From assembly GCA_963770895.1 (NCBI GenBank), contig CAVYRF010000001.1, forward strand, positions 704,481 to 768,480: DNA of 64,000 nucleotides, read 5' to 3'. The notes under the pieces are model-generated. The model saw only the letters and a list, made by a program, of their open reading frames with translations. It did not search any database and had not been told where the DNA came from. The stretch's first letter is position 1. Each line of letters starts with the position of its first letter. The translations under genes were made by a program, and so were the position numbers. The stretch comes from an uncultured Acidobacteriota bacterium. Lineage in GTDB: Bacteria > Acidobacteriota > Thermoanaerobaculia > Multivoradales > UBA5704. Positions 19,102 to 31,100 of the stretch are shown one piece after another.

Positions 19102-19131
19102 TCTGCGGGCGGGTTACAACCTGCCCGCAGA
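19102..19131. terminator. 12-bp stem / 6-nt loop hairpin between convergent genes (putative bidirectional terminator)
   Basis: TCTGCGGGCGGG-TTACAA-CCTGCCCGCAGA with one mismatch. It sits between the microgene stop (19084) and the ICL-family gene stop (19222). Confidence 0.4.
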
Positions 19132-19221
19132 TCCGGCCATTTCACCAATTCGCCCAGGAGCGCCGCCTTCGCGGCTGGTGCCGTTGTTCATCGCTGGGCT
19201 CGCCGAGCACTTGCAAATGAC

Positions 19222-20052
19222 TCATGACGCGAAGATCGCGCTGATCTCGCGCGGGCTGGCGGCCTCCTCGGCATAGGTGAAGGTGCCGTGCTCGCGCATC
19301 TCGCGCGCGGCGCGCAGGAAGGCGCCCAGCGCGGCGCGCGCCAGCGAGCTGCCGATGCTGATCCGCCGCACCCCCATCTCCGCCAGGGCGGCCTGGCTCA
19401 GCTGCACGCCGCGCAGCCCCATCACCACGTTGACCGGCCGGTCCACCGAGCTGATCACCGCCGCGATGTCTTCCCTGGTCGCCAGGCCCGGCGCATACAG
19501 CACGTCGGCGCCCGCCTCCTGGTAGGCCTGCAAGCGGGCAATCGTGTCCTTGATGTCCGGACGGCCGTGCAGGTAATTTTCGGCACGGCCGGTCAGCATG
19601 AAGGGGACGGGGAGCGCCCGCGCCGCCTCCGCCGCGGCGCGCACCCGATCCGCCGCCAGCTCGCGCTCATAGATCGGACTGTCGGCGCGCCCCGTCGCGT
19701 CCTCGATCGAACCGCCGACCACGCCCGCGGCCGCCGCCAGCCGGATCGTCTCGGCAGCCGCCTGGGGGCTGTCGCCGAAGCCGTTTTCCAGGTCGGCGCT
19801 CACCGGCAGATCGGTCGCGTACGCGATCTGCGCCAGGTGTTCCATGATCATTTCGCGGTCGACCGCGTTATCCAGCTTGCCGACCGAAAACGCGAAGCCC
19901 ATGCTGGTCGTAGCCAGCGCTTCGAAGCCAAGGTGGGCCAGCAGCCGCGCGCTGCCGATGTCCCAAGGATTGGGAATGATGAACGCCCCGGCGCGCTCAT
20001 GCAGCGCCCGAAACGCCTGTCCTTTTTCAACTTGCGAAGTCATCGTCGTCAC
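19222..20052 (-). CDS. isocitrate lyase / PEP mutase family protein (2-methylisocitrate lyase-like)
   Basis: 276 aa. IIPNPWDIGSARLL, TSMGFAF and GGSIEDATG blocks are typical of the ICL/PEPM superfamily. Confidence 0.85.
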   Translation of the reverse strand: MTTMTSQVEKGQAFRALHERAGAFIIPNPWDIGSARLLAHLGFEALATTSMGFAFSVGKLDNAVDREMIMEHLAQIAYATDLPVSADLENGFGDSPQAAAETIRLAAAAGVVGGSIEDATGRADSPIYERELAADRVRAAAEAARALPVPFMLTGRAENYLHGRPDIKDTIARLQAYQEAGADVLYAPGLATREDIAAVISSVDRPVNVVMGLRGVQLSQAALAEMGVRRISIGSSLARAALGAFLRAAREMREHGTFTYAEEAASPREISAIFAS

Positions 20053-20199
20053 CCGATCTCAAGCGCCTTGCCAGTGAACCGCCAGCAGCGGAGCTCCCGC
20101 CAGCGCCAGCGCCAGCCCAGGCCGCCGCCGTGAGCCCTCAGTATATTGCGCCGGCACCCTCGGCAGTGTGCCGCCGGGTCGGCCGGAAGGTAGCGCGCA

Positions 20200-20630
20200 A
20201 TGGCGGTGGGCCGGTGCCTGGGCGGCGATGCGCCGGCGAGGTGGACCGGCGGGTCGGTCGGTTGGTCGATCGGGCGGCCGAGTGGACCGGTGGACTGTGT
20301 GGTGATCGGTCGGCGGGGCGGACCGGTGGGGCCGGTGGGTCAGTTGGCGATCGGTCGGCGGCTTGGATCGGGGGTCGATGGGTCAGGCGTGCAATCAGGG
20401 CGAAAAAGGTAGCGGGTCGAGGGGGAGGTCGGGTGGTGGACCGGTGCACCGGCGACGATGGTTCGGCGGAGGGGACCGGGCGGGTAAGTCGGTTGGCGAA
20501 GCGATGGAATGATGGGGCTGCGGCGGACCGTTGGGTCGGCCGGCGAAGGGTCGGCGGGGCAATGGAGCGTTGGGCAGGTGGGGTGGTGGGCAGGGGGTGT
20601 GGGATGTGAGTCTGGCCGATGGGATAAAAT
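20200..20630. repeat. strand-biased GT-rich degenerate repeat tract (GGTCGG / GGACCGGTGG / GATCGGTCGGCGG units)
   Basis: About 430 bp of non-coding sequence between divergent genes, made of imperfect reiterations of G/T-rich 9-13-mers. Both ORFs predicted here are compositionally aberrant. Confidence 0.4.
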
Positions 20631-20637
20631 TGCCGCC

Positions 20638-21915
20638 ATGCAGCTTGCATTTCTCACGCTCTTTTTGGGCCTGGTCACAGGCTCGCTGCCGCTGTCGCTC
20701 ACCGCCGGCCCCGACGTCGCCAAGGTCGAGATCGTGCTGGACGGCGCTCCGGTTCAACGCCTGGCCGCGCCGCCCTGGAGCGGCAGGATCGACTTTGGCG
20801 CCGCGTTGCTGCCGCACCACCTGGAGGCGCGCGGCCTGGATGCCCAGGGGCGCGAGGTGGCGCACGCCGAGCAGTGGATCAACGTCCCGCGCGACCCCGC
20901 GGAAGCGCAGATCGTGGTCGAAAAAGCCCAGCCGGGCCAGCCTCGCACCATCCGTCTGGCCTGGCAGAGCATCACCAGCGACGCGCCCACCAAGGTGGCG
21001 CTCACCTTTGACGGCGCGCCGCTCGCCTTCGACAGCCAGTACCGCGCCGTCCTCCCCGCCCTCCACGGCACCGACACGCACGTCGTCGCGGCCGAGCTGC
21101 AATTTGCCGGCGGCGCCACGGCGCGCCACGCCGTCGCTCTCGGCGGCGAATATGACGACGCCGTCGCCAGCGACCTGACCGCGGTCCCCGTCTGGATCGC
21201 GCCGCGCGCCGAGCTGCCGCCGCTCGCCAGCCTGCAGGGGTGGTTTGCCGAAGAGGGCCGCCCGCTCCAGGTGCAGGCTGCCGACGCTGCCGCGCCCTGG
21301 CTCCTCACCGTGCGCGACGCCGCGGCCATGAAACTGCTCCGCCTCAGTTGGATGGCCCGCGACCGCTTCCGCTTCAAGCTGCCGCCGGGCAGCCGCATGC
21401 GCTTCATCTGGCCCCAGGCCAAGCGCCATGAAGCCTCGGGCCTGCCTTCCGAGATCTTCGACAGCAGCACCTACGCCATGGACGTGGCGCGCGACAGCAT
21501 CCCCTGGCTGCTCACCCGCGTCCAGCAGCCCGGCGCGGACCATCCCCGCCTGGCCGACGCCGCCGCCGCCTCAGGCCTGGCGCTGGCCGCCGCCGCCGGC
21601 CCCCGCGCCCTGATCGTCGTCCTGGATCCCGACACCAAGGACTACAGCCACCTCGACAGCGCCACCGTCCGCCGCTACCTGGAAGCCATCCACATCCCCC
21701 TGTTCGTGTGGGCAGTCGGCCCCCCCTCCGCCGACCTGACCGCCACCTGGGGCCACGTCACCAACATCTCCGTCGAATCCGGCATGGAATCCGCCTTCGC
21801 CGCCCTGCGCCAGGTCCTGGACCGCCAGCGCATCGTCTGGCTCGCCGGCCACCACCTTCCCCAACGCATCGCCCTGACCCCAGCCGCCGCCGGCCTCCAG
21901 CTCACCCCGCCCTGA
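20638..21915 (+). CDS. secreted hypothetical protein
   Basis: 425 aa from ATG 20638. Sec signal (MQLAFLTLFLGLVTGSLPLSLTA). GATAAAAT -10-like element upstream. No recognisable catalytic motifs. Confidence 0.6.
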   Translation: MQLAFLTLFLGLVTGSLPLSLTAGPDVAKVEIVLDGAPVQRLAAPPWSGRIDFGAALLPHHLEARGLDAQGREVAHAEQWINVPRDPAEAQIVVEKAQPGQPRTIRLAWQSITSDAPTKVALTFDGAPLAFDSQYRAVLPALHGTDTHVVAAELQFAGGATARHAVALGGEYDDAVASDLTAVPVWIAPRAELPPLASLQGWFAEEGRPLQVQAADAAAPWLLTVRDAAAMKLLRLSWMARDRFRFKLPPGSRMRFIWPQAKRHEASGLPSEIFDSSTYAMDVARDSIPWLLTRVQQPGADHPRLADAAAASGLALAAAAGPRALIVVLDPDTKDYSHLDSATVRRYLEAIHIPLFVWAVGPPSADLTATWGHVTNISVESGMESAFAALRQVLDRQRIVWLAGHHLPQRIALTPAAAGLQLTPP

Positions 21916-22103
21916 CGGCCCCCCGCCGGCGGCGTTCACCGGATCAGCAAGGTTTTTGCGCCCGGCGACCGCCCGCAGCGGGCGCATCGCGCGGCATGCG
22001 CCGGCGATTTAGCTTCTTCGCCGCGATTCATCGATCTGCATACTGCGATTCGATAGCGCCCCGCGGCCGCCCCGGTGGTCCGCCGGTCGGCACCTACTAG
22101 GGT

Positions 22104-25100
22104 GTGTCTGACAGCGAGCACCCTTTCGCCGCGCGCGGAGCTGGCGCGGCTCCGCAGGACCTCGCGCCGGCCGGCGATCTGGACGGCGGGGACGGCCGTG
22201 ACGCGATGCTGCGGGCGGCCGGGCCGGAAGAGCGGGCCGCCCTGGCGCTGGCCTGGCTGCGGCGCCAGGCGGCGGCCACCCTCGACCGGGACGCCGCGCA
22301 GCTCCCCGCGGACCGTTCGCTGGTGGCCCTGGGATTGGACTCGCTGGCGGCGGCCGAGCTCTCGGGCGCCGTCGAAAACATCCTGAAAGTGCCGCTCGGT
22401 GTAGCCGACCTCCTGGCCGGCGCCAGCCTCGCGGAGCTGGCCGGCGACATCGCCCGCAATCTCGATGAGGCTGCGGCGGCGTCGCACGCCGGCCAAGCCG
22501 GCGGTACGGTCCACGCCGGGGACGACGGCCGCCAGGTGGTCGTGCCGGAGCCCCACCGCGCCGGCGCGCCGCCCCCCGCCGCGCCGTCGCCCCGCACCGC
22601 CCTGTCGTGGGGCCAGCGCGCCCTGTGGCTGGTGGACCGCATGGCGCCGGGCAACCCGGCCTACATCCTGGCCGGCGCCGCGCACGTCGGGGTTGGCGCC
22701 GCGCGCGGCGGCGACCTCGACGTGGCGCGGTTGTGTCAGGCCATTACCGCCCTGGTCGCTCGCCATGCGGCCTTGCGCATGCGGTGCGAGCAGGGGAGCG
22801 ATGGAGAGGTGGTGCAGGTGGTGGGCGACCAGCCGCTGTTCGGCTGGCTTGAGGTGGATGCCGGCGTCCTGAGCGAGCAAGGGTTGCACGAGCTGGTGGC
22901 AGAGGAGGCTTGGCGGCCGTTCGACCTCGCCCGCGGGCCGCTGCTGCGAGTGGCTCTGTTCCGCGGTGGCGGCCGGGCGCCGCTGCTGGTGCTCGCGGTG
23001 CATCACATCGTCGCCGACTTCTGGTCGCTCGGCGTGATGATCGACCAGCTGGGTGCGCTCTACCAGGGGCGCCTCCTGGCGCCGCTCGCGGCGACGCATG
23101 GCGAGCACGCGCGGCGCCAGGCGGAGCGGTTGGCGGGACCCGAGGGGGAGGCCCTGGCGGCCTGGTGGCGCGCCGCGCTGCCGCCGGGGGCGCCGGCGCT
23201 CGAGCTGCCGACCGACCGGCCGCGGCCGCCGGTGCAGGGATTCCGCGGTGGCGCGCGGACGCGCTGGTGGGAGCGGGAGCTGGTAGGGGAGCTCGACCGG
23301 CTGGGCCGGCGGGCCGGGGCCACGCCGTTCATGACCCTGCTGGCCGCCTACATGACGCTGCTGCACCGCTACACCGGCCAGCCGGAGCTGCGGGTGGGGA
23401 CGCCAGCGTCCGGCCGTGGCGCGCCGGACCTCTCGGGCCTGGTGGGCTACTTCGTCAATCCGCTGGTGGTGCGCGGCGAGCTGGCCGGCAACCCCGGCTT
23501 CGAGCAGCTGCTGAGCCGGGTGCGGCAGGCCGTGCTCGCGGTGTTTGCCCACCAGGACTTCCCGTTTGCGCTGCTCGCCGAGCTGCTGGGCGGCGCCCGC
23601 GATCCCAGCCGGCCGCCGGTGTTCCAGGCGATGTTCGTGTTCTACAGCGAGCGGCGCGCCGGCGAGCGCGGGATGAGCGGTTTCGCGCTGGGCGAGGCGG
23701 GCGCGCGGCTCGATCTTGGCGGCCTCACGCTCGAATCGGTGCGGCTGCCGCGGCGCGGCGCGCAGGTCGATCTGACGTTGCTGGCGGCCGATCGCGACGA
23801 TCGCGACCAGCGCGCCGAGCGCGAGGGTGCGCGGGCGGTCTCGTTGCAGTTCGACAGCGTGCTCTTCGACGGCGCCACGGCGGAGCGGATGCTGGGTCAC
23901 CTGTGCGCGCTGGCCGCCGCCGCGGTCGCCGATCCGGGGTGCGGCATCCGCGACCTGCCGCTGCTCACCGCCGGCGAGCGCCAGCAGGTGGCGGAGTGGA
24001 ACGCCACCGCCGTCGCCTGGCCTGGCGACCTGCGCCTGCACCAGCTTTTCGAAGAGCAGGCGCGCCGCACCCCGGACGCGGTGGCCGTGGTGGTCGACGC
24101 CGCTACCGACGCCGACGCCGACGCCGACGCTGATACCGGCGCCGACACCGCCGGCGCCGGGTCCCGTCGCGGCCCCGCACCGCCGGCGGCCGGCCGCGCG
24201 GTGGCTTCCGCCGCGTGCTGGACCTACCGCGGCCTCGACCGGCGCGCCGACCGGCTGGCGCGAAGGCTGCGGCAGGCCGGCGTCGGGCCGGAATCCGTGG
24301 TGGCGATCCTGGCCGAGCGCTCGGCCGCCATGGTCGCCGGCCTGCTCGCCATCCTCAAGGCGGGCGGCGCCTACCTGCCGCTCGATCCCGACCACCCCGC
24401 CGAGCGCCTGCGCCAGATGCTGCACGACTCAGGCGCCGGCGTGCTCCTGGCACAGCGCCGGCTGCTGCCGCGGCTGGGCGAGCCGGACGCGCCGCCTGTC
24501 GTCGCGGCCGCGGTGCTGGTGCTCGACGATCCCGACCGGGACGATTCCGCCCAGGACGAGCAGGACGATCCCGCCACCGGCGGTGCCGCGTTCGGCGCTG
24601 CCGCTCTTGCGCTGGCGCCCGACGGCCGGCCGGAGCGTGCGCCGCCGCCGCTGGAGCGCGCCGTCCACCCGGATAGCCTGGCGTACGTGATCTATACCTC
24701 GGGCTCGACCGGCCGGCCCAAAGGCACCATGAACACGCACCGGGGCATCGTCAACCGGCTGCTCTGGATGCAGCAGCAGTACCGATTGGCGGCCGACGAC
24801 CGGGTGTTGCAGAAGACGCCGCTGTCCTTCGACGTGTCGGTCTGGGAGCTGTTCTGGCCGCTCGCGACGGGGGCGTGCCTGGTGATGGCCCGTCCGGGCG
24901 GGCACCGCGACAGCGGCTACCTGCTGGCGGCGCTGGCGGCGCACCAGATCACCACCGTGCATTTCGTGCCGGCGATGCTGAGCGATCTTCTCGCGGCCCT
25001 GCCGCCGCGGGGCGATGCAAGCTCGGGCGCCGGCCCGTGGGACGCCGCGCCGGCAGGGCTGCGCCGGGTCGTGGCAAGCGGCGAGGCGCTGCCCTACGGT

Positions 25101-28100
25101 CTCCAGCAGCGCTATTACGCGGCGCTCGCGGCGCCGCTGCACAACCTCTACGGCCCTACCGAAGCCGCGGTCGACGTCACCCATTGGGCGACCGACCCGG
25201 ACGCCGATCGGCGGCTGGTGCCGATCGGGCGGCCGGTGGCCAACACCTGGATCCGGCTGGTCGACCGCCAGGGCGGGCTGGTGCCGATCGGTGTACCGGG
25301 CGAGCTGTGCATCGGCGGCGTGCAGCTGGCGCGCGGCTACCTGGGCCGCCCGGCGCTGACCGCCGAAAGGTTCGTGCCCGATCCGCTGGGCGACGCGGCA
25401 GGAGCGCGCCTCTACCGCACCGGCGACCTGGCGCGCTACCTGCCGGACGGTGCCATCGACTACCTGGGCCGCCTGGACCACCAGGTGAAGATCCGCGGCG
25501 TGCGCATCGAGCTCGGCGAGATCGAAGCTGCCCTGCTGCGCCATCCGGCCGTGCGCGAAGCGGTCGTCACCGTGGCCGCCGTGGCGGACCACGCCTCGCC
25601 GGCCGGCGCCGACCCGCGGCTGGCGGCCTACCTGGTGACGCGCGGGGCGGCCGCGCCGCCGCGGGCGGGAGAGCCGGCGGCTGGGGAGCCGGCCGCGCCG
25701 CCTGCTGCGCCGGCCGCCGCGCCGCCGTCCGACCTGGCCGACGACCTCCGCCGCCTGCTGCGTCAGAGCCTGCCGGAGGCGATGATCCCGGCGGCCTTCG
25801 TGGTGCTGCCCGCGCTGCCGCTGTCGGCCAACGGCAAGGTGGACCGCCGGGCGCTGCCGGCGCCGCGGTGGGGCGCCGCCGCGGTCGCGGGCACGCCGCC
25901 GCGCACTGCCGACCAGGAGATCCTGGCCGGCCTGTTCGCGGAGCTGCTGGGGCTCACGGTCGCTGGCGACCGCAGCGGCGACAGCAGCGGCAACGGCGGC
26001 AGCAGAGCTAGCGGCGACAGCAGCGACGACGGCGAAAGCAGCGGCAACGGCGGAAGCAGCGGCAACGGCGGAAGCAGAGGCAGCGTCGACAGCGGAGGCA
26101 GCGGCGCCGCGGCCGGCGGGTGGGTGGCTGGAACACAGGGGGGCGAAGCCGCGGACGCGCGCGGCGTCGCGGCGGCGAGCGGTGGGGAGCAAGGCGGCGG
26201 CCTTGGCATCGACCAGAGTTTTTTCGATCTCGGCGGCCATTCGCTGCTGGCGACCCGCCTGCTGGCGCGGGTGCGCCAGGTGTTCGCGGTGGAGCTGCCG
26301 CTGCGGCAGGTGTTCGAGGCGCCGACGGTGGCCAGGCTCGCCGCGGCGATCGCGGCGGCGCGGCGGGGCGACCTGGCGGCGGCGCCGCCGCTCGTGCCGC
26401 TGCCGCCCGCGGCTCGCCAGGGGCCGCTGGCGCTCAGCTTCGCGCAGGAGCGCATGTGGTTTCTCGACCAGCTGGAGGGCGGCGGTGCCACCTACAACAT
26501 GCCCGGCGTGCTGCGCCTCGCGGGCCCGCTGCAGGTGGCGGCGCTGCGCGCCGGGCTGGCGGAGGTGTGCCGCCGCCACGAGGTGCTGCGCACGACGTTC
26601 ACCGTGCGCGATGGCGCCGCGGGGCCGGTCGCCCGCGTCGCCCGGCCGGCCGCCGCTCCGGGGCCGCCGCTGCCGCTGGTGGATCTGTCCGGGCTGGCGG
26701 CCGGCTGCCGACAGGCGGTCGCCTCGCGGCTCGCCGCCCTGGAGGCGCGGCGCCCGTTCGACCTCGTCGCGGGCCCCGTGCTGCGCGCCGTGCTGCTGCG
26801 CCTGAGCGGCGGGCCGCCCGCGGCGGCGCAGGCGCTCCACCTGCTGCTGCTCACGCTGCACCACATCGCCGCCGATGCCGAGTCGGTCGAGGTGCTGGCG
26901 CGCGAGCTGGCCGCCCTCTATACCGCGGGTGCGACCGGCAGGCCGCCAGACGCGGCGGCGCTGCCGCCGCTCCCCGTCCAGTATGCCGACTTCGCCGCCT
27001 GGCAGCGGGCGGCGCTCAGCGGCGACCGGCGCGCGGCCGAGGTGGCTTTCTGGCGCGAGCAGCTTGCCGGCGCGCGCGGCGCACCGCCGGTGCTCGAGCT
27101 GCCCTGCGATCGGCCGCGCGGCACGGTGAGCGGCCGGCGCGGGGCGCGGCGCCCCGTGGTGCTGCCCGCCGCGCTGGCCGGCAGGCTCGCGGCGGTGGCG
27201 CGGGACCACCGCGCCACCCTGTTCATCGCCTTGCTGGCGGCCTTCGACACCCTGCTGGGCCGTTACGGCGGCCAGGACGACGTCGCGGTGGGCGTGCCGG
27301 TCGCCAATCGCGACCGCGCCCAGATCCAGCCGCTGATCGGGCTGTTCGTCAACACGCTGGTGCTGCGCCTCGACCTGTCGGGCGACCCCACCTTTGGCGA
27401 GCTCCTGGGGCGCGCGCGGCAGACGGCGCTGGCCGCCTACGGCCACCAGGAGATGCCGTTCGAGCAGCTGGTCGCCCACCTGCAGCCGCGGCGCGCAGCG
27501 GGCGAAAGCCCGTTCTTCCAGGTGGTCCTGGCGCTCCAGCCCGGCCTGGCGGCGCCGGCGATGGCGGGCCTGGCGGTCGAGCTCGCCCCCGGCGACACCG
27601 GCACCGCCAAGTTCGACCTGTCTTTGGCGCTCGACGTCGCGCCCGACGGCAGCCTTGCCGGCACCTGGACCTGGCGCGCCGGCCTGTTCGACCCGGCGAC
27701 GATCGAGCGGCTTTCGGTGCAGCTGCGGCAGCTGCTCGCGGCGGTCGCCGCGGGCGAACCGGGACCGGCGGGCCGCCTCTCCGAGCTGCCGCTGCTCGGC
27801 CCGGCCGAGCGCCACCAGCTGCAGCGGGAATGGAACGACGTCTGGCAGCCGGGCGGCGGCGACCTGCTGCATGCGGCGTTCGAGCGGCGGGCGGCGCAGG
27901 TGCCCGACGCGGTGGCGGCGGTGGAGGCCGGCCACGACGGCCTGATGGGGCGCAGCCTCACCTACGGCGAGCTGGCGGCGCGCGCCGGCCGGCTGGCGTG
28001 CCGGCTGGCGGCGCTGGGAGTCGCGCCGGAGCGGATCGTCGGCGTCTCGCTCCCGCCGTCGCTCGACCTGCTGGTGGCGCTGCTCGGCATCCTCAAGGCG

Positions 28101-31100
28101 GGCGGCGCCTACCTGGCGCTCGATCCGGCGCAGCCGCGGGAGCGCCGGGCGCAGATCCTGGCCGAGTCGTCGGCACTCCTGGTCGTCGCCGCGAGTCCTG
28201 CGGCGCCCACCGCTCCGGTTACCGCCGCCACCGCCGCCGCCTCCTCCTCCGTCATCGCGGCCACCACCGCCGCCGCCGCCGCGCGCCCGTCCGCGGTCGA
28301 GGGCCTGATGCTGCTCGGCCCGGACGGGCGCGCGGCGGCGCTGGGCGCCGCGGCCGGCGCCACCCCCCGGCGCACCCCGTTCCCCCCGGCCCCGGATCCG
28401 GACCCCGACAACGCCGCCTACGTCCTCTACACCTCCGGCTCCGGCGGCGCGCCCAAGGGCGTCGTGGTCAGCCATCGCGCCGTCGTCAACCGTCTGCGCT
28501 ACCAGGTTGCCGCCGACCTCGCGCCCGACTCGCGGGTGCTGCAACGGGCGCGCCTCGCCTTCGACGTCTCGGTGCTGGAGCTGTTCGCGCCGCTCTGGGC
28601 GGGCGCCGCGGTGGTGCTGATCGATGCCGCCCGCCAGCAGGACGCCGGCTACCTGGCCCGCGTCGTGGCCGCGCAGCAGGTCACCAACTTCAACGCGCCG
28701 CCGGCGTTGCTCCCGGCCCTGCTGGCCGAAGACGAGCTCCGCCGCTGCCGCGCGCTGCGCCGCGTGGTGCTGGGCGGCGAGCGGGTGCCGGTCGACCTCG
28801 CTCACCGATTCGCGACGATGATGGCGGCTGGGCCTGGGGCGGCGCCGTTGCTGCTGTCGCGCTACGGTCCGACCGAGGCCACCATCTCGGTGACCGAATG
28901 GCACTGCCGCCCCGCGCCGGCCGCGCCTGCCGGTTCGGCCGGACCGCTCGGCTGGCCGATCGCCGGCGCTCGCCTCCACCTGCTGGACCGCCATGGCCGC
29001 GAGGTGCCGCCCTCGGCTCCGGGCGAGCTCTGCATCGGCGGCATCTGCCTGGCGCGCGCCTATCTCGCCCGGCCCGACCTGACCGCCGCGGCGTTCATCC
29101 CGGACCCCTTCGCGGCGCCGGGCGAAGAGGCGGGCAGCCGCCTCTACCGCACCGGCGACCTGGCGCGCCGGCGCGCCGGCGGCGAGCTGGAATTCCTCGG
29201 CCGCATCGACCGCCAGGTCAAGATCCGCGGCTTCCGCGTCGAGCTGGGCGACGTCGAGGCGGCGCTCGCCCGCCACCCCGGTGTGCGCGAAACGGCGGTG
29301 GTGGACCGCGACGAGCCGGCGACCGGCGGCAGGCGCCTGGTGGCCTACGTGGTGCCCCGCCAGGCGGATGCCGGCGGGCTCGAGCCGCAGGCGCTACGGT
29401 CTTTCGTCGCGGAGCACCTGCCGCCCTACATGCTGCCCGCCGCCTGGGTCCTGCTGGACTGCCTGCCGCTCACCGCCAACGGCAAGCTGGACCGGCGGGC
29501 GCTGCCCGAGCCGGCCGACCTGTCGCCGGCGGCGGACGCGGCGGAGCCGGCTGCGCTGGACGGGGCGAGCGGCCGCCGCGGCGCCGCCCCCCGCACCCCG
29601 GCCGAAGAGCTGCTGGCGGGGATCTGGTGCCAGCTCCTGGGCGTCCGGCAGGTATCCATCGGGGACGACTTTTTTCACCTGGGCGGCCATTCGCTGCTCG
29701 CCACCCAGCTGGTGTCCCGGCTGAGCGCGACGCTGGCGGTCGACCTTCCCCTGGCCAAGGTTTTCGAGCACCCCACCCTGGCGGCGATGGCGTCGGCGAT
29801 CGAGCAGGCGCGCGGCCTGGGCGGCGCGGAGCCCACCGTCGCCGGGCTCGCCGGCCGTCTGACGCCGGCGCACGAAGCCGGCGGCGGCGCCGGCCGGGGC
29901 GACGGCGCGCGGCCGGTGCCGCTACCGCTCCTGCCGCGGCAGGCGGGCGGCGCCGCGGCGCAGCTGCCGCTGTCGTTTGCCCAGCAGCGGCTCTGGTTCC
30001 TGGACCGCCTGGCGCCCGGCTCGCCGGCCTACAACATGCCGCTGGCGGTGCGGCTCTCCGGCGACCTGGACATCCCCGCCCTGGCTGCCGGCGTCGCCGC
30101 CCTGGTGGCGCGGCACGAGACCCTGCGCACCACCTTCCACGAGACCGCGGGCGAGCCCTGGCAGCGGATCGCGCCGCCGCTCGCCGCCGGTGCCAGCTCC
30201 GGCGCCGGCGCCGGCGCGGCCGCCACAAGCGCGCTGCCGGTCGTCGACCTGCGGGCGCTGGTGGACGCCGGTGAACCGGACGGCGAGCCGGGCGGTGGGC
30301 CGGGGCTGGATGCCGGCTGGCCAGGTCAGCCGGATGGTTTCGCGCCGCTGCCGCTGCCGCGGCGCGCGCTCGCCGCGGCGCTCGACCTGGCCGCGGCCGC
30401 GGCGCGGCGGCCCTTCGACCTGGCGCGCGGCCCGCTCTTCCGGCCCCTCCTGCTGCGGTTGACCGGGCGCGAGCACCTCTGGCTGGGGACCATGCACCAC
30501 ATCGTCTCCGACGGCTGGTCGCTGGGCGTCCTGGTGCGCGAGCTGACCGCCGTCTACGCCGCGCTGGCGGCCGGCCGGGAGCCCCGTCTGCCGGCCCTGC
30601 CGGTGCAGTACGCCGACTACGCCGCCTGGCAGCGCCAGCGCCTGTCCGGCGACCTCTTGGCGGCGCAGATCGCCCACTGGCGCGAGCGCCTGGCGGGCCT
30701 GCCGGCGCGGCTCGACCTGCCGGTGGACCGGCCGCGCCCGGCCGTCGAAACCGTCGCCGGCGCCCAGCGGCGCTGGCGCCTGGCCGGCGACGTGGCCGGC
30801 CGGCTGCGCCAGCTGGCGGCAGCGTCGGGGGCGACCCCGTTCATGGTCCTGGTCGCCGCCTTCCAGGCGCTCCTGGGGCGCTGGTCCGGTCAACAGGACC
30901 TGGCGGTTGGCACGCCGATCGCCGGCCGCAACCGCATCGAGATCGAAGGCCTGATCGGCTTCTTCGTCAACACCCTGGTGCTGCGCGCCGATCTCTCCAG
31001 CGGGCCGCGGCGCCTGGCGTTCGACCAGCTGCTGGCCCGCACCCGCGAGGCGACCCTGGCCGCGTACGCCCATCAGGAGCTGCCGTTCGAACGGCTGGTC

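Noticed and set aside
18838-19221. tRNA/ncRNA in the AT-richer spacer
   Set aside because: No cloverleaf-compatible acceptor/T-arm pairing was found. The region is better explained by the promoter, microgene and hairpin.
24429-29276. 1615-aa minus-strand ORF inside the NRPS
   Set aside because: Antisense of the NRPS, which has unambiguous domain content on the plus strand.
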